A DNA stretch of 64,000 nucleotides, taken from positions 65,062 to 129,061 of the forward strand of contig JBBDYJ010000026.1 in assembly GCA_040901675.1 (NCBI GenBank), read 5' to 3'. The notes beneath the pieces are model-generated. The model saw nothing but the letters and a program-made list of their open reading frames with translations, did not search any database and was not told the origin of the DNA. This DNA comes from Pirellulales bacterium. Lineage in GTDB: Bacteria; Planctomycetota; Planctomycetia; Pirellulales; JAICIG01. This document shows positions 1-10,436 of the stretch, piece by piece. The stretch's first letter is position 1. Each line of letters starts with the position of its first letter. The position numbers and the translations under genes were made by a program.

Positions 1-1794
1 GCGAGGCTCGACGCCGTTCTGGCCGATCTCGAGGCGCGGCGGGCCGCCCTGCCCGCCGGTGCAGCCGGCGACGACAGCCCCACGAACGGCTACCACAGCG
101 CCATCATGGCCCGCCCCGACGAGCCCAAGTGGGTCCAGGTGGACCTGGGCGAGCCCAAGCCGATCGGCGAGATCCACCTGGTGCCCGCCCGGCCCACGGA
201 TTTTCCGGATACGCCTGGCTTCGGTTTTCCGGTGCGCTTCGCGATCGAACTGTCCAGCGACGCGGAATTCTCCGACCCACAAATCCTGGCCGATCATACC
301 GGCGAGGACTTTGCCAACCCGGGCGCCGAGTCCTACGTGGCGCCGGCCGGCGGGGCGGTGGCGCGCTATGTCCGGATCCGCGCCACGCGGCTCTGGCCGC
401 GCACCAACGACTATGTGTTCGCGCTGGCCGAGTTGCGAGTGATCTCGGCCCAGGACGGCGACTCGCAGCCCAACCTGGCGTTGGGAGCTGGCGTGACGGC
501 CCTGGATTCCATTGAGGCGGGCCGCTGGAGCACTGCCCACCTTGTCGACGGTTTCGATAGCCGCAAACGCTTTGAAAGGCGCGCGGAAGATCTCGCGGCC
601 GACGGGCATCGCGAAGGGGTCGAAGCGCGCATTGAGCAGGTCTCGCGCGAGCGTCAGCAGCGCCTCATGACGCTCTTGGACGATGCCACCCGGAGCGAGC
701 TCGACGAGGTCCGGCACGAGACGGCGGAAGTCGAAGATCAACTGGCATCGTTGCCGCCGCCCGACCTGGTCTATGCCGCCGCCAGCGATTTCAGGCCACA
801 ATCCAACTTCACGCCCGCGGACGGCTGCCGTCCGATTCATCTTCTTCAGCGTGGCAACGTCGCCAGCCGCGGCGATTTGATGGCGCCCGGCGCCTTGTCG
901 TGCCTGCCCTGGCTGGAACACCATTTCCAATTGGAGCGTCCCGAAGACGAAGCAAGCCGCCGCGTCGCCCTGGCGCGCTGGATTACCGACCCGGCCAACC
1001 CGCTGACGCGGCGATCGATCGTTAACCGGGTCTGGCAGTACCATTTCGGCCGCGGCCTGGTCGATACTCCCAACGATTTCGGCCGCATGGGGTCGCAACC
1101 GACGCACCCGGCGCTCCTCGATTGGCTGGCCACGGAGTTTCTGGCCGGTGGTGAATCGCTCAAGCGGCTGCACCGGCTGATCCTCACCAGTTCCGTGTAC
1201 CGCCAGTCGTCGGCCGCGCGGGCCGATGGCCAGCGGATCGACGCCGGCAATCGATATCTCTGGCGGATGAACCGGGCGCGGCTCGACGCCGAAAGCGTCC
1301 GCGATGCCGCGCTGTTTGTCGCGGGCAAGCTGGACCAGGCCATGGGCGGCCCCTCGGCGCGGCAGTTCGTCTTCAAGGACGATCATTCTCCCGTCTATGA
1401 CTACGAGCGGTTCGACGTCGAGCAACCCGGCAGCTTCCGCCGCGGCGTGTATCGCTTCATCGTCCGTAGCGTCCCCGATCCCTTTATGGACTGCCTCGAC
1501 TCGGCCGATCCCTCGATCCTCACGCCGCAGCGCAATACCACGCTCACCGCCCTGCAGGCGCTGGCCATGCTCAACAATCCGTTTATGCTCTCCCAGTCGC
1601 GGCATTTCGCGCGGCGTCTGGAAGGCGTATCGGCGGATCCCGCCGAACAGGTCCGGCAGGGGTGGCTGCTGGCCCTGGGGCGGCCTCCACGGAGCGAAGA
1701 ATCCGAAGCGCTGATGGCCTACGCGAAGCGGCACGGCCTGGCGAATGCATGCCGGCTGATTTTCAACAGCAACGAGTTTTTGTTCGTCGATTAG
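1..1794 (+). CDS. DUF1553 (PSD1) planctomycete protein with discoidin/F5-8-type domain, 5'-truncated by window edge
   Basis: Frame open from base 1. WVQVDLG...ARYVRIRA discoidin-like motif; NPLTRRSIVNRVWQYHFGRGLV, PTHPALLDWLA, LQALAMLNN and NSNEFLFVD are typical DUF1553 motifs. Confidence 0.9.
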   Translation, partial: ARLDAVLADLEARRAALPAGAAGDDSPTNGYHSAIMARPDEPKWVQVDLGEPKPIGEIHLVPARPTDFPDTPGFGFPVRFAIELSSDAEFSDPQILADHTGEDFANPGAESYVAPAGGAVARYVRIRATRLWPRTNDYVFALAELRVISAQDGDSQPNLALGAGVTALDSIEAGRWSTAHLVDGFDSRKRFERRAEDLAADGHREGVEARIEQVSRERQQRLMTLLDDATRSELDEVRHETAEVEDQLASLPPPDLVYAAASDFRPQSNFTPADGCRPIHLLQRGNVASRGDLMAPGALSCLPWLEHHFQLERPEDEASRRVALARWITDPANPLTRRSIVNRVWQYHFGRGLVDTPNDFGRMGSQPTHPALLDWLATEFLAGGESLKRLHRLILTSSVYRQSSAARADGQRIDAGNRYLWRMNRARLDAESVRDAALFVAGKLDQAMGGPSARQFVFKDDHSPVYDYERFDVEQPGSFRRGVYRFIVRSVPDPFMDCLDSADPSILTPQRNTTLTALQALAMLNNPFMLSQSRHFARRLEGVSADPAEQVRQGWLLALGRPPRSEESEALMAYAKRHGLANACRLIFNSNEFLFVD

Positions 1795-1826
1795 TGCCTC
1801 AACCTGGTCCCAAGGATACCGCCAGC

Positions 1827-3263
1827 ATGTTCTCAACGGCCGCCTGGAATCGGCGCGAACTGCTGCTGAATATGGGATGCGGGCTGGGCGGCATTGCCTT
1901 GTCTCATCTGCTGGGGCAGGCCGGTCTGCTGGCAGAATCCTCCGATGCCGCGCGGGAGCTGGGCGGCGGCCTTCATCACCGGGCAAGAATCCGCCGCGTG
2001 GTGCAGTTGTTCATGTCCGGGGCCGCCAGCCAATGCGACCTGTTCGACTATAAACCGGAGCTGATCAAGCGGCACGGCCAGCCTTTCGATCCGGGCGAGA
2101 ACGTCGAATTGTTCCAGAGCACACCCGGCGCCTGCATGAAGAGCCCTTGGAACTGGCGGCAGTACGGGCAGTGCGGCAAGTGGATGAGCGACCTGGTGCC
2201 TCACCTGGCAAGCTGCGTCGACGACATGGTCTTTATCCACTCCATGGTCTCCAAGTCGAACGTGCACGGGCCGGCCACATTCATGCAGAACAGCGGCTTC
2301 GTCCTGCCGGGATTCCCCAGCATGGGCGCGTGGATTTCGTACGGCCTGGGCACACTCAACGAGAACCTGCCCACGTTCGTGGTGCTACCCGACTCCCGCG
2401 GGTTCGCGCCCAATGGGCCCGGCAACTGGTCGGCGGGCTTTTTGCCGGCCAGCCACCAGGGGACGTTGATCCGCCCGTCGGCCGAGGCGCCCATCCACGA
2501 CTTGTTTCCACGCACGGCCGACTTCGTTACCCTCCAGAGCGAATCCGAAGGACTCAGTCTGCTTGAACGGCTGAATCGCGGGCACCTTGAAGGGCGCGAG
2601 GGCGACTCCCGGCTCGAGGCCAGGATCGCCTCCTACGAATTGGCCGCCAGGCTGCAGCTCAGCGCCCCCGAGGCGCTCGACGTCGCCAGCGAGCCCGAGT
2701 GGATCCACCGGCTGTACGGGCTGGACCAGCCGGTGACTGCCGACTTTGGCCGCAACTGCCTGATCGCCCGCCGCCTGCTGGAGCGCGGCGTGCGCTTCGT
2801 GCAGGTCTACAGCGGGGCCGACAACGGATTCCCACGCCGCAATTGGGACAGCCACGAAGACATCCAACGCGACCACGGCGACATGGCCGCCAGCATGGAC
2901 CGGCCCGCGGCCGCCCTGTTGAAAGACTTGAAAGCCACCGGTCTGCTCGACGACACGCTGCTCATCTGGACCACGGAATTCGGCCGCATGCCCTGCAGCC
3001 AGGGGGCCCTGGGGCGCGATCACAACCCGTTCACTTTTACCACCTGGCTGGCTGGCGGCGGGCTGAAGCCCGGCACCACGTACGGCCAGAGCGATGAGTG
3101 GTCGTACAAGGCAGCCGTGAACCCCACGTACTGCTACGACCTACACGCCACCGTGCTCGCGCTGCTGGGCATCGACCACGAGCGGCTCGTCTTCCGCCAC
3201 AACGGCATCGATCGCCGGCTGACCGACGTCCACGGCCACGTCATCCATGATATCCTGGCTTAA
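1827..3263 (+). CDS. DUF1501 family protein (sulfatase-like fold) with twin-arginine-like signal
   Basis: NRRELL signal; QLFMSGAASQCDLFDYKP, RRLLERGVRFVQ, TEFGRMP, GRDHN, RLTDVHG motifs; follows the DUF1553 gene. Confidence 0.9.
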   Translation: MFSTAAWNRRELLLNMGCGLGGIALSHLLGQAGLLAESSDAARELGGGLHHRARIRRVVQLFMSGAASQCDLFDYKPELIKRHGQPFDPGENVELFQSTPGACMKSPWNWRQYGQCGKWMSDLVPHLASCVDDMVFIHSMVSKSNVHGPATFMQNSGFVLPGFPSMGAWISYGLGTLNENLPTFVVLPDSRGFAPNGPGNWSAGFLPASHQGTLIRPSAEAPIHDLFPRTADFVTLQSESEGLSLLERLNRGHLEGREGDSRLEARIASYELAARLQLSAPEALDVASEPEWIHRLYGLDQPVTADFGRNCLIARRLLERGVRFVQVYSGADNGFPRRNWDSHEDIQRDHGDMAASMDRPAAALLKDLKATGLLDDTLLIWTTEFGRMPCSQGALGRDHNPFTFTTWLAGGGLKPGTTYGQSDEWSYKAAVNPTYCYDLHATVLALLGIDHERLVFRHNGIDRRLTDVHGHVIHDILA

Positions 3264-3362
3264 CGTGCCAACGACGCTCCGATGGATTTAGTTCAGAGCT
3301 ACATCAGCGGTTGGCCCTGGTGATGTTTCGAACCTCTGGGCACACGGTAAGCGCAGGCTGCA

Positions 3363-3662
3363 TCATCCGCCGTGCTCTTGGACCAGGCTCGCCCCGGCGC
3401 TGGCCACCCGCCGTTGCATCCGCCGATAGCGCCCCATGCCCACCACCAGTATCAGCCCAGCCAGCAGAATGGTCAGTACCCCGGCCAGGCGCACCAGCGG
3501 CGCATCCCAGAAGTGCAAGGCCGTTACGCCCATGATTACCAGCGCCAAGGCCGTTCGGACGTACGACAGCAGCGTCCTCTCGTTAGCCAGGACCGTGCGG
3601 TCGACCGCCAGGCGGTCGCGCAACAGCGTGTCTTGAGCGTAAGGCGGGGTCGTGTCTACCAT
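3363..3662 (-). CDS. DUF202 (YidH-like) small inner-membrane protein
   Basis: RDRLAVDRTVLANERTLLSYVRTALAL signature plus two hydrophobic helices. Confidence 0.85.
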   Translation of the reverse strand: MVDTTPPYAQDTLLRDRLAVDRTVLANERTLLSYVRTALALVIMGVTALHFWDAPLVRLAGVLTILLAGLILVVGMGRYRRMQRRVASAGASLVQEHGG

Positions 3663-3739
3663 TGCGTCGCCTTTCGCCTGTACAACGGGCGTGCCGGCAT
3701 GGCGCCAAGGCGGTATCGGCGCCCGCTCGACTTGCCTCG

Positions 3740-3786
3740 GATTCTTATGCGGTCCTCACACGATCCTAACACTTCAGCGGTACCTT
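3740..3786 (+). promoter_or_regulatory. Putative Pho-box-like 11-bp direct repeats with a -10-like hexamer upstream of pstS
   Basis: gattcttatgc / ggtcctcacac / gatcctaacac at 11-bp period, then tacctt at 3781-3786. Confidence 0.5.
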
Positions 3787-3839
3787 GCGGAGTGGTGGGA
3801 AAGCATACCAAACCACAATCAAGGAATATGGAGGGCCAT

Positions 3840-4919
3840 ATGACCAAGGTCAAGGTGTTCGCCGCCGTGCTGGCCGTGATCATTTGCGGCAGTCTCGTGG
3901 TGGTCCAGGCGCTTGAAACGCAAGCGACGAAGGGTTCGACCAGCAAGAAAGCAGTCGCCGACAAGGCAAGCGTGGCCGGTCGCGCCTCCGTCGCTCAGAG
4001 CGCCCCCCAAGGCAAGGTGGACAGCAAGCTGCCCAGGTACAGCCTCGGCGACGGTGTGTCGGGCACGATCAAGAGCGAAGGCTCCGATACCATGGTCAAA
4101 CTGATGCAGTACTGGACCGAGAGCTTTCAGCGCTACTATCCAAATGTGCAAGTGGAAGTCCAGGGCAAAGGCTCCGCCACGGCCCCAACCGCCTTGATCG
4201 CGGGCACCTCGAACTTCGGCCCCATGAGCCGTGAGATGAAGAGCAAGGAAATCGACGAGTTCGAGGCGCGCTTCGGCTACAAGCCGACCGGCCTCAAGAC
4301 CGGCATCGACATGCTGGCGGTTTACGTGCACAAGGACAATCCCATCAAAGGGCTCACGTTGCCGCAGGTCGATGCCATCTTCTCCAAGAACCGGAAGGGC
4401 GGCTACGAAAAGGACATCCGCACCTGGGGCGATTTGGGCCTCAAAGGCCAGTGGGCCAACAAGCCGATCAGCCTCTATGGCCGCAACTCGGCCTCCGGCA
4501 CGTACGGCTATTTCAAAGAGAACGCCCTGTTCGACGGCGACTTCAAGGACTCCGTCCAGGAGCGTCCCGGCAGCTCGGCGGTAGTGCAGGGGGTGGCCCG
4601 CAACAAGTTCGCGATCGGCTACAGTGGTATCGGTTACAAAACAGCCGACGTCCGCGCCGTTCCTGTGGCCAGAGAGGAGGGTGAAGACTTCTGGCGGGCC
4701 GAGGCGGACTACGTCAGCGAGTATCCGCTGAGCCGCTTCCTGCTGATCTACATCAACTATGAACCGCGGAGCGACCTGGATCCGCTCCGCCGCGAGTTCA
4801 TCAAGTACATCTTCAGCCGCGAAGGCCAAGAGGACGTTGTCAAGGACGACTACTTGCCGGTGGGCGCTAAGATGGCCTTCGATGCCCTGTCGTCCGTCGG
4901 GATCACCGTCTCTCAGTAG
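3840..4919 (+). CDS. pstS: Phosphate ABC transporter substrate-binding protein
   Basis: GSDTM, GKGSATA, GRNSASGTY, YPLSRFL motifs; signal peptide; GGAGG RBS; first gene of the pst operon. Confidence 0.93.
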   Translation: MTKVKVFAAVLAVIICGSLVVVQALETQATKGSTSKKAVADKASVAGRASVAQSAPQGKVDSKLPRYSLGDGVSGTIKSEGSDTMVKLMQYWTESFQRYYPNVQVEVQGKGSATAPTALIAGTSNFGPMSREMKSKEIDEFEARFGYKPTGLKTGIDMLAVYVHKDNPIKGLTLPQVDAIFSKNRKGGYEKDIRTWGDLGLKGQWANKPISLYGRNSASGTYGYFKENALFDGDFKDSVQERPGSSAVVQGVARNKFAIGYSGIGYKTADVRAVPVAREEGEDFWRAEADYVSEYPLSRFLLIYINYEPRSDLDPLRREFIKYIFSREGQEDVVKDDYLPVGAKMAFDALSSVGITVSQ

Positions 4920-4934
4920 GTCTTCATTGCCCGG

Positions 4935-7529
4935 ATGAGCTCGCCGAAGTCATTCACAGGCCGAACGCGACGGCGCCGGACCACGGTGGCGGTGCGCATT
5001 GCGGACCGGCTGGCCCAGGGGCTGATCGTTGGCGGGGGGATCGGCACCATCGTGGCGGTTTCGATGGTGTGCATCTTCCTGGTATGGGTCGTGCTCCCGC
5101 TGTTCTGGGCGCCGTCGATCGAGCCAGCCGTCGACGTGCCGCCGCCCTGGAGTTCCAGCCCTCCCTGGCACGTCGCCGTCGACGAACATCAGAACTCGGC
5201 CTGGGCGCTCAAGCGAGATGGGTCGCTCGACGTGGTTCGGCTCGATCCGCCGCACGCGGGGCAGCTTCTCCACGAGCGCAAGCTGTTCGATGGCCCCCCG
5301 GTCTCTGCTGCCGCCTTCGGGCTCGAAGGGGACGAAGCCGCCTTCGGCTTTGCCGACGGCTCGTTCCTTATGGGCAGCATCCGCATGCGGACCAGCTTCG
5401 TCGATCCCAAGCGGCTCGAGGCTCCCTTTCGCGGCATGAAGCCCGGCGAAGTCCGGCTGGTCGAAGGCGACCTGGTCGAGCGGACCAGCCAGGGCCAGTT
5501 CCGCCGGCAGTCCCTTCAGATCGAGCTCGGCGAGCCACAACCGACCGGCTCCACGTTCGCGGTGGCCTCGATCGACTTCTCGATGCGCTCGTCCGGGCCT
5601 GTTCTGGCCACCCTCTGCGCCGACGGCAGCGCCAGGTTGCACAGTTTGCGATCCGTGCGGAGCATGGAGACCGGCGAGACGGACTACCGGACACAAACCG
5701 CCGAGCTTGCCTACCCGCGGCGCAGCGGCCAGGCCAGGCCCACCCGCATCCTGGTTTCGGGCGTCGGCGACAACGTGCTCGTCGCCTGGCGCGACGGCCG
5801 CCTGGTGCGTTTCGACGTTCGCAACGCCAAGCAGCCTCGCCTGGCCGAAGAAATCGACCTGGTAAGCGAGCAGGAGGCCTCGCTAACCGCCCTGGAGTAC
5901 ATGATCGGCAAGGCCACGCTTGTGGCCGGCGACAGCACGGGCAGGATCCGGGGCTGGTTTCGCGTCAATCGCCCCGAGGCCGGCACCCCCGATGGAAAGA
6001 CTCTGGTCGCCGCCCATGAATTGCCCGGTCCCGGCAGTGCCGTGCGTTCCCTGGCCGCCTCCGCCCGCAGCCGCATGCTGGCCGCCGGTTACGAGGACGG
6101 AAGCGTGCGGTTGTTCTACATGACCACCGAGGAGATCCTGCTGGAAACCCGCACCGAAGGACCGCCTTCGGCGCTGGCGGTATCTCCCAAGGACGACGGA
6201 CTGCTGGCGGTGACGCCAGCCCGTCTCACGCGGTGGCGCATCGACGTGCCCCATCCTGAAGCCACGCTGGCCTCACTGTTCACCCCACTTTGGTACGAAG
6301 GGGATAAACGGCCCGCCCACGTCTGGCAGTCGACCGGCGGCAACGACACGTTTGAGCCGAAGCTCGGCCTTTGGCCCCTGGTCTTCGGCACGCTCAAAGC
6401 CACCTTTTACTCGTTGCTGCTGGGCGTCCCCTTGGCCCTGCTGGCCGCCATCTACACCAGCGAGTTCCTGCCGCCCAAGGCCCGCTCCAGGATCAAGCCG
6501 ACCATCGAGTTGATGGCCAGTCTGCCCAGCGTGGTGCTCGGCTTCATCGCGGCCCTGCTGCTGGCCCCGCTGGTCGAAGGCCTGGTTCCTTCCGTACTGA
6601 CTTCCATTGTCACGGTGGTCTTGGCACTGTTGTCTGGCGGGTATCTATGGCAACTGTTGCCTTCGGCGGCCCGGGTGCAGCTTGCCCCTTGGCGGTTTGT
6701 CTTCATGTGTTTGGCGCTGCCGCCGGGGGCGGCGGCCGGTTTCTGGCTGGGCCCGTTGGTCGAGCGGCTGTTGTTTGCCGGCGACATCAAGATCTGGCTC
6801 AACGGCGGGGCGGGCCATGCCACCGGCGGCTGGATGCTGCTGCTCTTGCCCCTCTCCGGCGTGGCGACCGCCTGGCTGCTCGCCTCGCGCGTCAATCCGA
6901 TCCTGCGGCGATTCGGCGCCGACTGGACTGCCTTTCAGGCGGCGGCCTTCGACTTGGTCAAGTTCGTGCTGGCCGTGCTGGCCGCGTTGGCCGCCGCCCT
7001 GGCGCTCTCCATGGCGCTGTCGGCTGCCGGGTTCGACCCGCGCGGCGACTACCTGGGCAGGTACGAGCCGCTCAATGCGCTAATCGTGGGCTTTGTGATG
7101 GGTTTCGCCATCATCCCTATCATCTACACGATTGCCGAGGACGCTCTGTCCACCGTGCCCGAACATCTGCGCTCCGCTTCGCTGGGCGCCGGGGCGACCC
7201 AGTGGCAGACCGCCACCCGGATCATTATTCCCACCGCCATGAGCGGCCTGTTTTCGGCCGTCATGATCGGGCTGGGGCGGGCCGTTGGAGAAACCATGAT
7301 TGTAGTGATGGCGGCCGGCAGCACGCCCGTGATGGAATGGAACATCTTCAACGGTTTTCGGACGTTGTCGGCCAACATCGCCACGGAATTGCCCGAGGCC
7401 GTTCGCAACAGCACCCATTACCGCACGCTGTTCCTGGCGGCGCTCGTGCTGTTTTCTTTGACATTCATCCTCAACACGGTGGCCGAGACGGTGCGGCAAC
7501 GGTTCCGCAAGCGAGCGTTTCAGCTATGA
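4935..7529 (+). CDS. pstC: Phosphate ABC transporter permease PstC, long form with WD40/beta-propeller-like soluble region
   Basis: PLVFGTLKAT, KPTIELMASLPSVVLG, EDALSTVP..ASLGAGAT, GRAVGETM motifs. Confidence 0.9.
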   Translation: MSSPKSFTGRTRRRRTTVAVRIADRLAQGLIVGGGIGTIVAVSMVCIFLVWVVLPLFWAPSIEPAVDVPPPWSSSPPWHVAVDEHQNSAWALKRDGSLDVVRLDPPHAGQLLHERKLFDGPPVSAAAFGLEGDEAAFGFADGSFLMGSIRMRTSFVDPKRLEAPFRGMKPGEVRLVEGDLVERTSQGQFRRQSLQIELGEPQPTGSTFAVASIDFSMRSSGPVLATLCADGSARLHSLRSVRSMETGETDYRTQTAELAYPRRSGQARPTRILVSGVGDNVLVAWRDGRLVRFDVRNAKQPRLAEEIDLVSEQEASLTALEYMIGKATLVAGDSTGRIRGWFRVNRPEAGTPDGKTLVAAHELPGPGSAVRSLAASARSRMLAAGYEDGSVRLFYMTTEEILLETRTEGPPSALAVSPKDDGLLAVTPARLTRWRIDVPHPEATLASLFTPLWYEGDKRPAHVWQSTGGNDTFEPKLGLWPLVFGTLKATFYSLLLGVPLALLAAIYTSEFLPPKARSRIKPTIELMASLPSVVLGFIAALLLAPLVEGLVPSVLTSIVTVVLALLSGGYLWQLLPSAARVQLAPWRFVFMCLALPPGAAAGFWLGPLVERLLFAGDIKIWLNGGAGHATGGWMLLLLPLSGVATAWLLASRVNPILRRFGADWTAFQAAAFDLVKFVLAVLAALAAALALSMALSAAGFDPRGDYLGRYEPLNALIVGFVMGFAIIPIIYTIAEDALSTVPEHLRSASLGAGATQWQTATRIIIPTAMSGLFSAVMIGLGRAVGETMIVVMAAGSTPVMEWNIFNGFRTLSANIATELPEAVRNSTHYRTLFLAALVLFSLTFILNTVAETVRQRFRKRAFQL

Positions 7530-9499
7530 GCCTTTCCAGTGGCTTGGCACAATCCGCCCCTGATCCTCCGGCGACCCAGCCCGGTCGGCGCGGACGCCGC
7601 AAGGGCGCCTCGTTGCTCGCCGCGCACGGCGAACCGATGGTCTGGTTGACCGGCGGCGCATTGGCCATCGCTCTGGCCATGATTGTCGGGCTGCTCTTGA
7701 TCATCCTGGTCGAAGGGGCTGCCACGTTCTGGCCGGTCGGCGTGGTGCGATTCACGACGCTCGACGGCCAGGTTTACATGGGCGAGGTGGCCCGCGACGA
7801 AACGTATCGGCCGGGCGACGAGGTGTTCGACGCGCTGGAAGAGGAATTCAAAGAAAAGGCGACGGCCAGCGTGGCAGCCGAGGGCGGCCGAGCCCATCGG
7901 ACGCTGGTCCGAACGGGAAACTTCGAGCTCAGCAACTCGCATTTCCAATGGATCCAGGGTTTTCTCGTCCGGCAATCCGACCGGCCGCGTTGGGCCGTCG
8001 TTGTCGAGCGATTATCCGACGGCCGGTTCTACGGCTTCCCCGATTCCTTCCTGGTCGACGACCAGAGCGTCGCGGATTCGCCCGCCCACACGTGGGCCAT
8101 GTTCCAGCGCCATCACGAGGAAGTACGCCGCCGCTGGAAAACCCGGCGAAGCCTGGAAACACACGCCATCGGCCGCATCAACAGCCTGCTGGAAGAGGCC
8201 CGCTTGGAGGTGCGCCAGGCCGAGTTGCGGCATGGAGCGGATTCAAGCGCGGCCGCCTCCGCCCGTCGCCGGATGGAGGAGGTCCAGGCGCAGGCGGACC
8301 GCGACTTTACCGGCATTCGCCGCCGCATCCGCGAGATCAACGACGAGAACAACCGCTACCAGTTGGTTCTCTCGACTGCCGACGGCCAGCAGACGGCGCT
8401 GGCGCTGGCTGAGGTCGTCCGGGCTTACCCCGCCAATCAGTTGAGCACCTTCCAGCGGCTCGGCGTGTATGCCTCGCGCTGGGCCGAGTTCTTGCTGGAC
8501 GATCCTCGGGCCGGCAATAGCGAGGGAGGGGTGTTCCCGGCCATTTTCGGCACCGTGGTCATGACGCTGGTCATGACCGTCGCCGTGGTGCCCTTCGGTG
8601 TGCTGGCCGCCCTGTACCTTCGCGAATATGCCAAGGCCGGCCTGGTGGTGAGTGCCGTGCGGATCGCCATCAACAACCTGGCCGGCGTGCCCAGTATCGT
8701 GTTCGGCGTGTTCGGGCTGGGATTCTTCTGTTACATCATGGGTCATTACATCGACGCCGGCCCCTCCGCCCCTTGGCAGCCGCGGAGCTGGTTTGTGCTG
8801 CTGGGCGGACTGACGGTCGCCGCGGCCGCGGCGCTGATCGTGTCGTTGCTGGCCGGGCGCGCGCCAGCGTCGGGCCGGCGACTGCTGGGTGCTTTGGCGG
8901 TCGGGCTGTGGCTTGCCTGCCTGGCTTTGACGGTGCTGGCGCTGGCCAAGACGCCGTTCTTCGAGGGTTTTTTCGTGGCCCGCCTTCCCGACCCGACCTA
9001 CGGCAAGGGGGGCCTGTTGTGGGCCTCGCTTACCCTGGCGCTGTTGACGCTGCCGGTGGTGATCGTGGCCACCGAAGAGGCGCTCTCGGCCGTGCCGCGC
9101 TCGATGCGCGAGGGCTCATACGCCTGTGGCGCCAGCAAGTGGCAGACGATCTGGCGGATCGTGCTGCCCCGCGCCATGCCCGGCATCATGACCGGCATGA
9201 TCCTGGCCATCGCCCGGGGCGCGGGCGAGGTGGCCCCGCTGATGCTGGTGGGGGCCGTCAACGTGGCCCCCAAGCTCCCCCTGGACAGCGAGCCGCCCTT
9301 CCTGCATCCTGAACGCAGCTTCATGCACCTGGGGTTCCATGTTTTCGACCTGGGCTTCCAGAGCCCCAACAGCGAGGCGGCCAAGCCCATGGTGTTCACC
9401 ACGGCACTCTTGTTGATTTTGATAATTGCCCTGTTGAACATCATGGCCGTCTGGATTCGCAGCCGCTTGCGGCGGCGGTTCATGTCGAGCCAGTTCTGA
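7526..9499 (+). CDS. pstA: Phosphate ABC transporter permease PstA, long form with coiled-coil insert
   Basis: [45 protein letters not shown] overlap with pstC. Confidence 0.9.
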   Translation: MSLSSGLAQSAPDPPATQPGRRGRRKGASLLAAHGEPMVWLTGGALAIALAMIVGLLLIILVEGAATFWPVGVVRFTTLDGQVYMGEVARDETYRPGDEVFDALEEEFKEKATASVAAEGGRAHRTLVRTGNFELSNSHFQWIQGFLVRQSDRPRWAVVVERLSDGRFYGFPDSFLVDDQSVADSPAHTWAMFQRHHEEVRRRWKTRRSLETHAIGRINSLLEEARLEVRQAELRHGADSSAAASARRRMEEVQAQADRDFTGIRRRIREINDENNRYQLVLSTADGQQTALALAEVVRAYPANQLSTFQRLGVYASRWAEFLLDDPRAGNSEGGVFPAIFGTVVMTLVMTVAVVPFGVLAALYLREYAKAGLVVSAVRIAINNLAGVPSIVFGVFGLGFFCYIMGHYIDAGPSAPWQPRSWFVLLGGLTVAAAAALIVSLLAGRAPASGRRLLGALAVGLWLACLALTVLALAKTPFFEGFFVARLPDPTYGKGGLLWASLTLALLTLPVVIVATEEALSAVPRSMREGSYACGASKWQTIWRIVLPRAMPGIMTGMILAIARGAGEVAPLMLVGAVNVAPKLPLDSEPPFLHPERSFMHLGFHVFDLGFQSPNSEAAKPMVFTTALLLILIIALLNIMAVWIRSRLRRRFMSSQF

Positions 9500-9524
9500 T
9501 TGGTCTGATTGGAAAACCTGTTTC

Positions 9525-10436
9525 ATGCACACCTCGTCGGCTCCTAACCCGCGGCTCGAAGCACCGGCACACGCCGAGATCTCGCCGACAAAGGCCCGCA
9601 AGGTGGGCGTCGCGGGACGCCTCGAGGCAATTGCCCGCGGCGAGCCGGTCCAGACCGAGACACACCCAGCCGTGGCCGCCGAGGAGCCCGTGCTCGAGGT
9701 GGACGACTTCTGCCTCTGGTATGCCGCGAAGCAGGCCCTCTTCAACATCTCGATCGCGATCCCCAAGGGCAAGGTCACCTCGTTGATCGGGCCTTCGGGT
9801 TGCGGCAAGTCCACCTTGCTCCGCTCGGTCAACCGCCTCAACGACCTGATCGACACGGTCCGCGTCGAGGGGGACATGCGGCTCAATGGCGACACCATCT
9901 ATCACACCCGGGTCGACGTCATCGAGCTGCGCAAGCGAATGGGAATGGTCTTTCAGAAATCGAACCCCTTTCCCATGAGCGTCTTTGAGAACGTGGTCTA
10001 CTCGTTGCGGATCGACGGCGAGCGCGACAGCCGCGTGCTCAGCGAAGTCTGCGAGCGCAGTCTCCGCGGGGCGGCCTTGTGGGACGAAGTCAAGGACCGC
10101 CTGCACGAGAGCGGTCTCAGCCTTTCCGGCGGGCAGCAGCAGCGGCTCTGCATCGCCCGGGCCATTGCCGCCGAGCCGGAAGTGCTCTTGATGGACGAAC
10201 CCTGCTCGGCCCTCGACCCCATCGCCACGGGCAAGATCGAAGACCTCATCCGCGAGCTGCGCGGCAGCTATTCCGTGCTGATCGTCACCCACAACATGCA
10301 GCAGGCTTCCCGCACCAGCGACTACACCGCCTTCATGTACCTGGGCCGCGTCCTCGAGTACGGTCCCACCCAGGACATCTTCACCAAGCCCTTTCTGAAG
10401 GATACGGAAGACTATGTCACCGGCCGATTCGGATAA
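9525..10436 (+). CDS. pstB: Phosphate ABC transporter ATP-binding protein
   Basis: [45 protein letters not shown]. Confidence 0.96.
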   Translation: MHTSSAPNPRLEAPAHAEISPTKARKVGVAGRLEAIARGEPVQTETHPAVAAEEPVLEVDDFCLWYAAKQALFNISIAIPKGKVTSLIGPSGCGKSTLLRSVNRLNDLIDTVRVEGDMRLNGDTIYHTRVDVIELRKRMGMVFQKSNPFPMSVFENVVYSLRIDGERDSRVLSEVCERSLRGAALWDEVKDRLHESGLSLSGGQQQRLCIARAIAAEPEVLLMDEPCSALDPIATGKIEDLIRELRGSYSVLIVTHNMQQASRTSDYTAFMYLGRVLEYGPTQDIFTKPFLKDTEDYVTGRFG

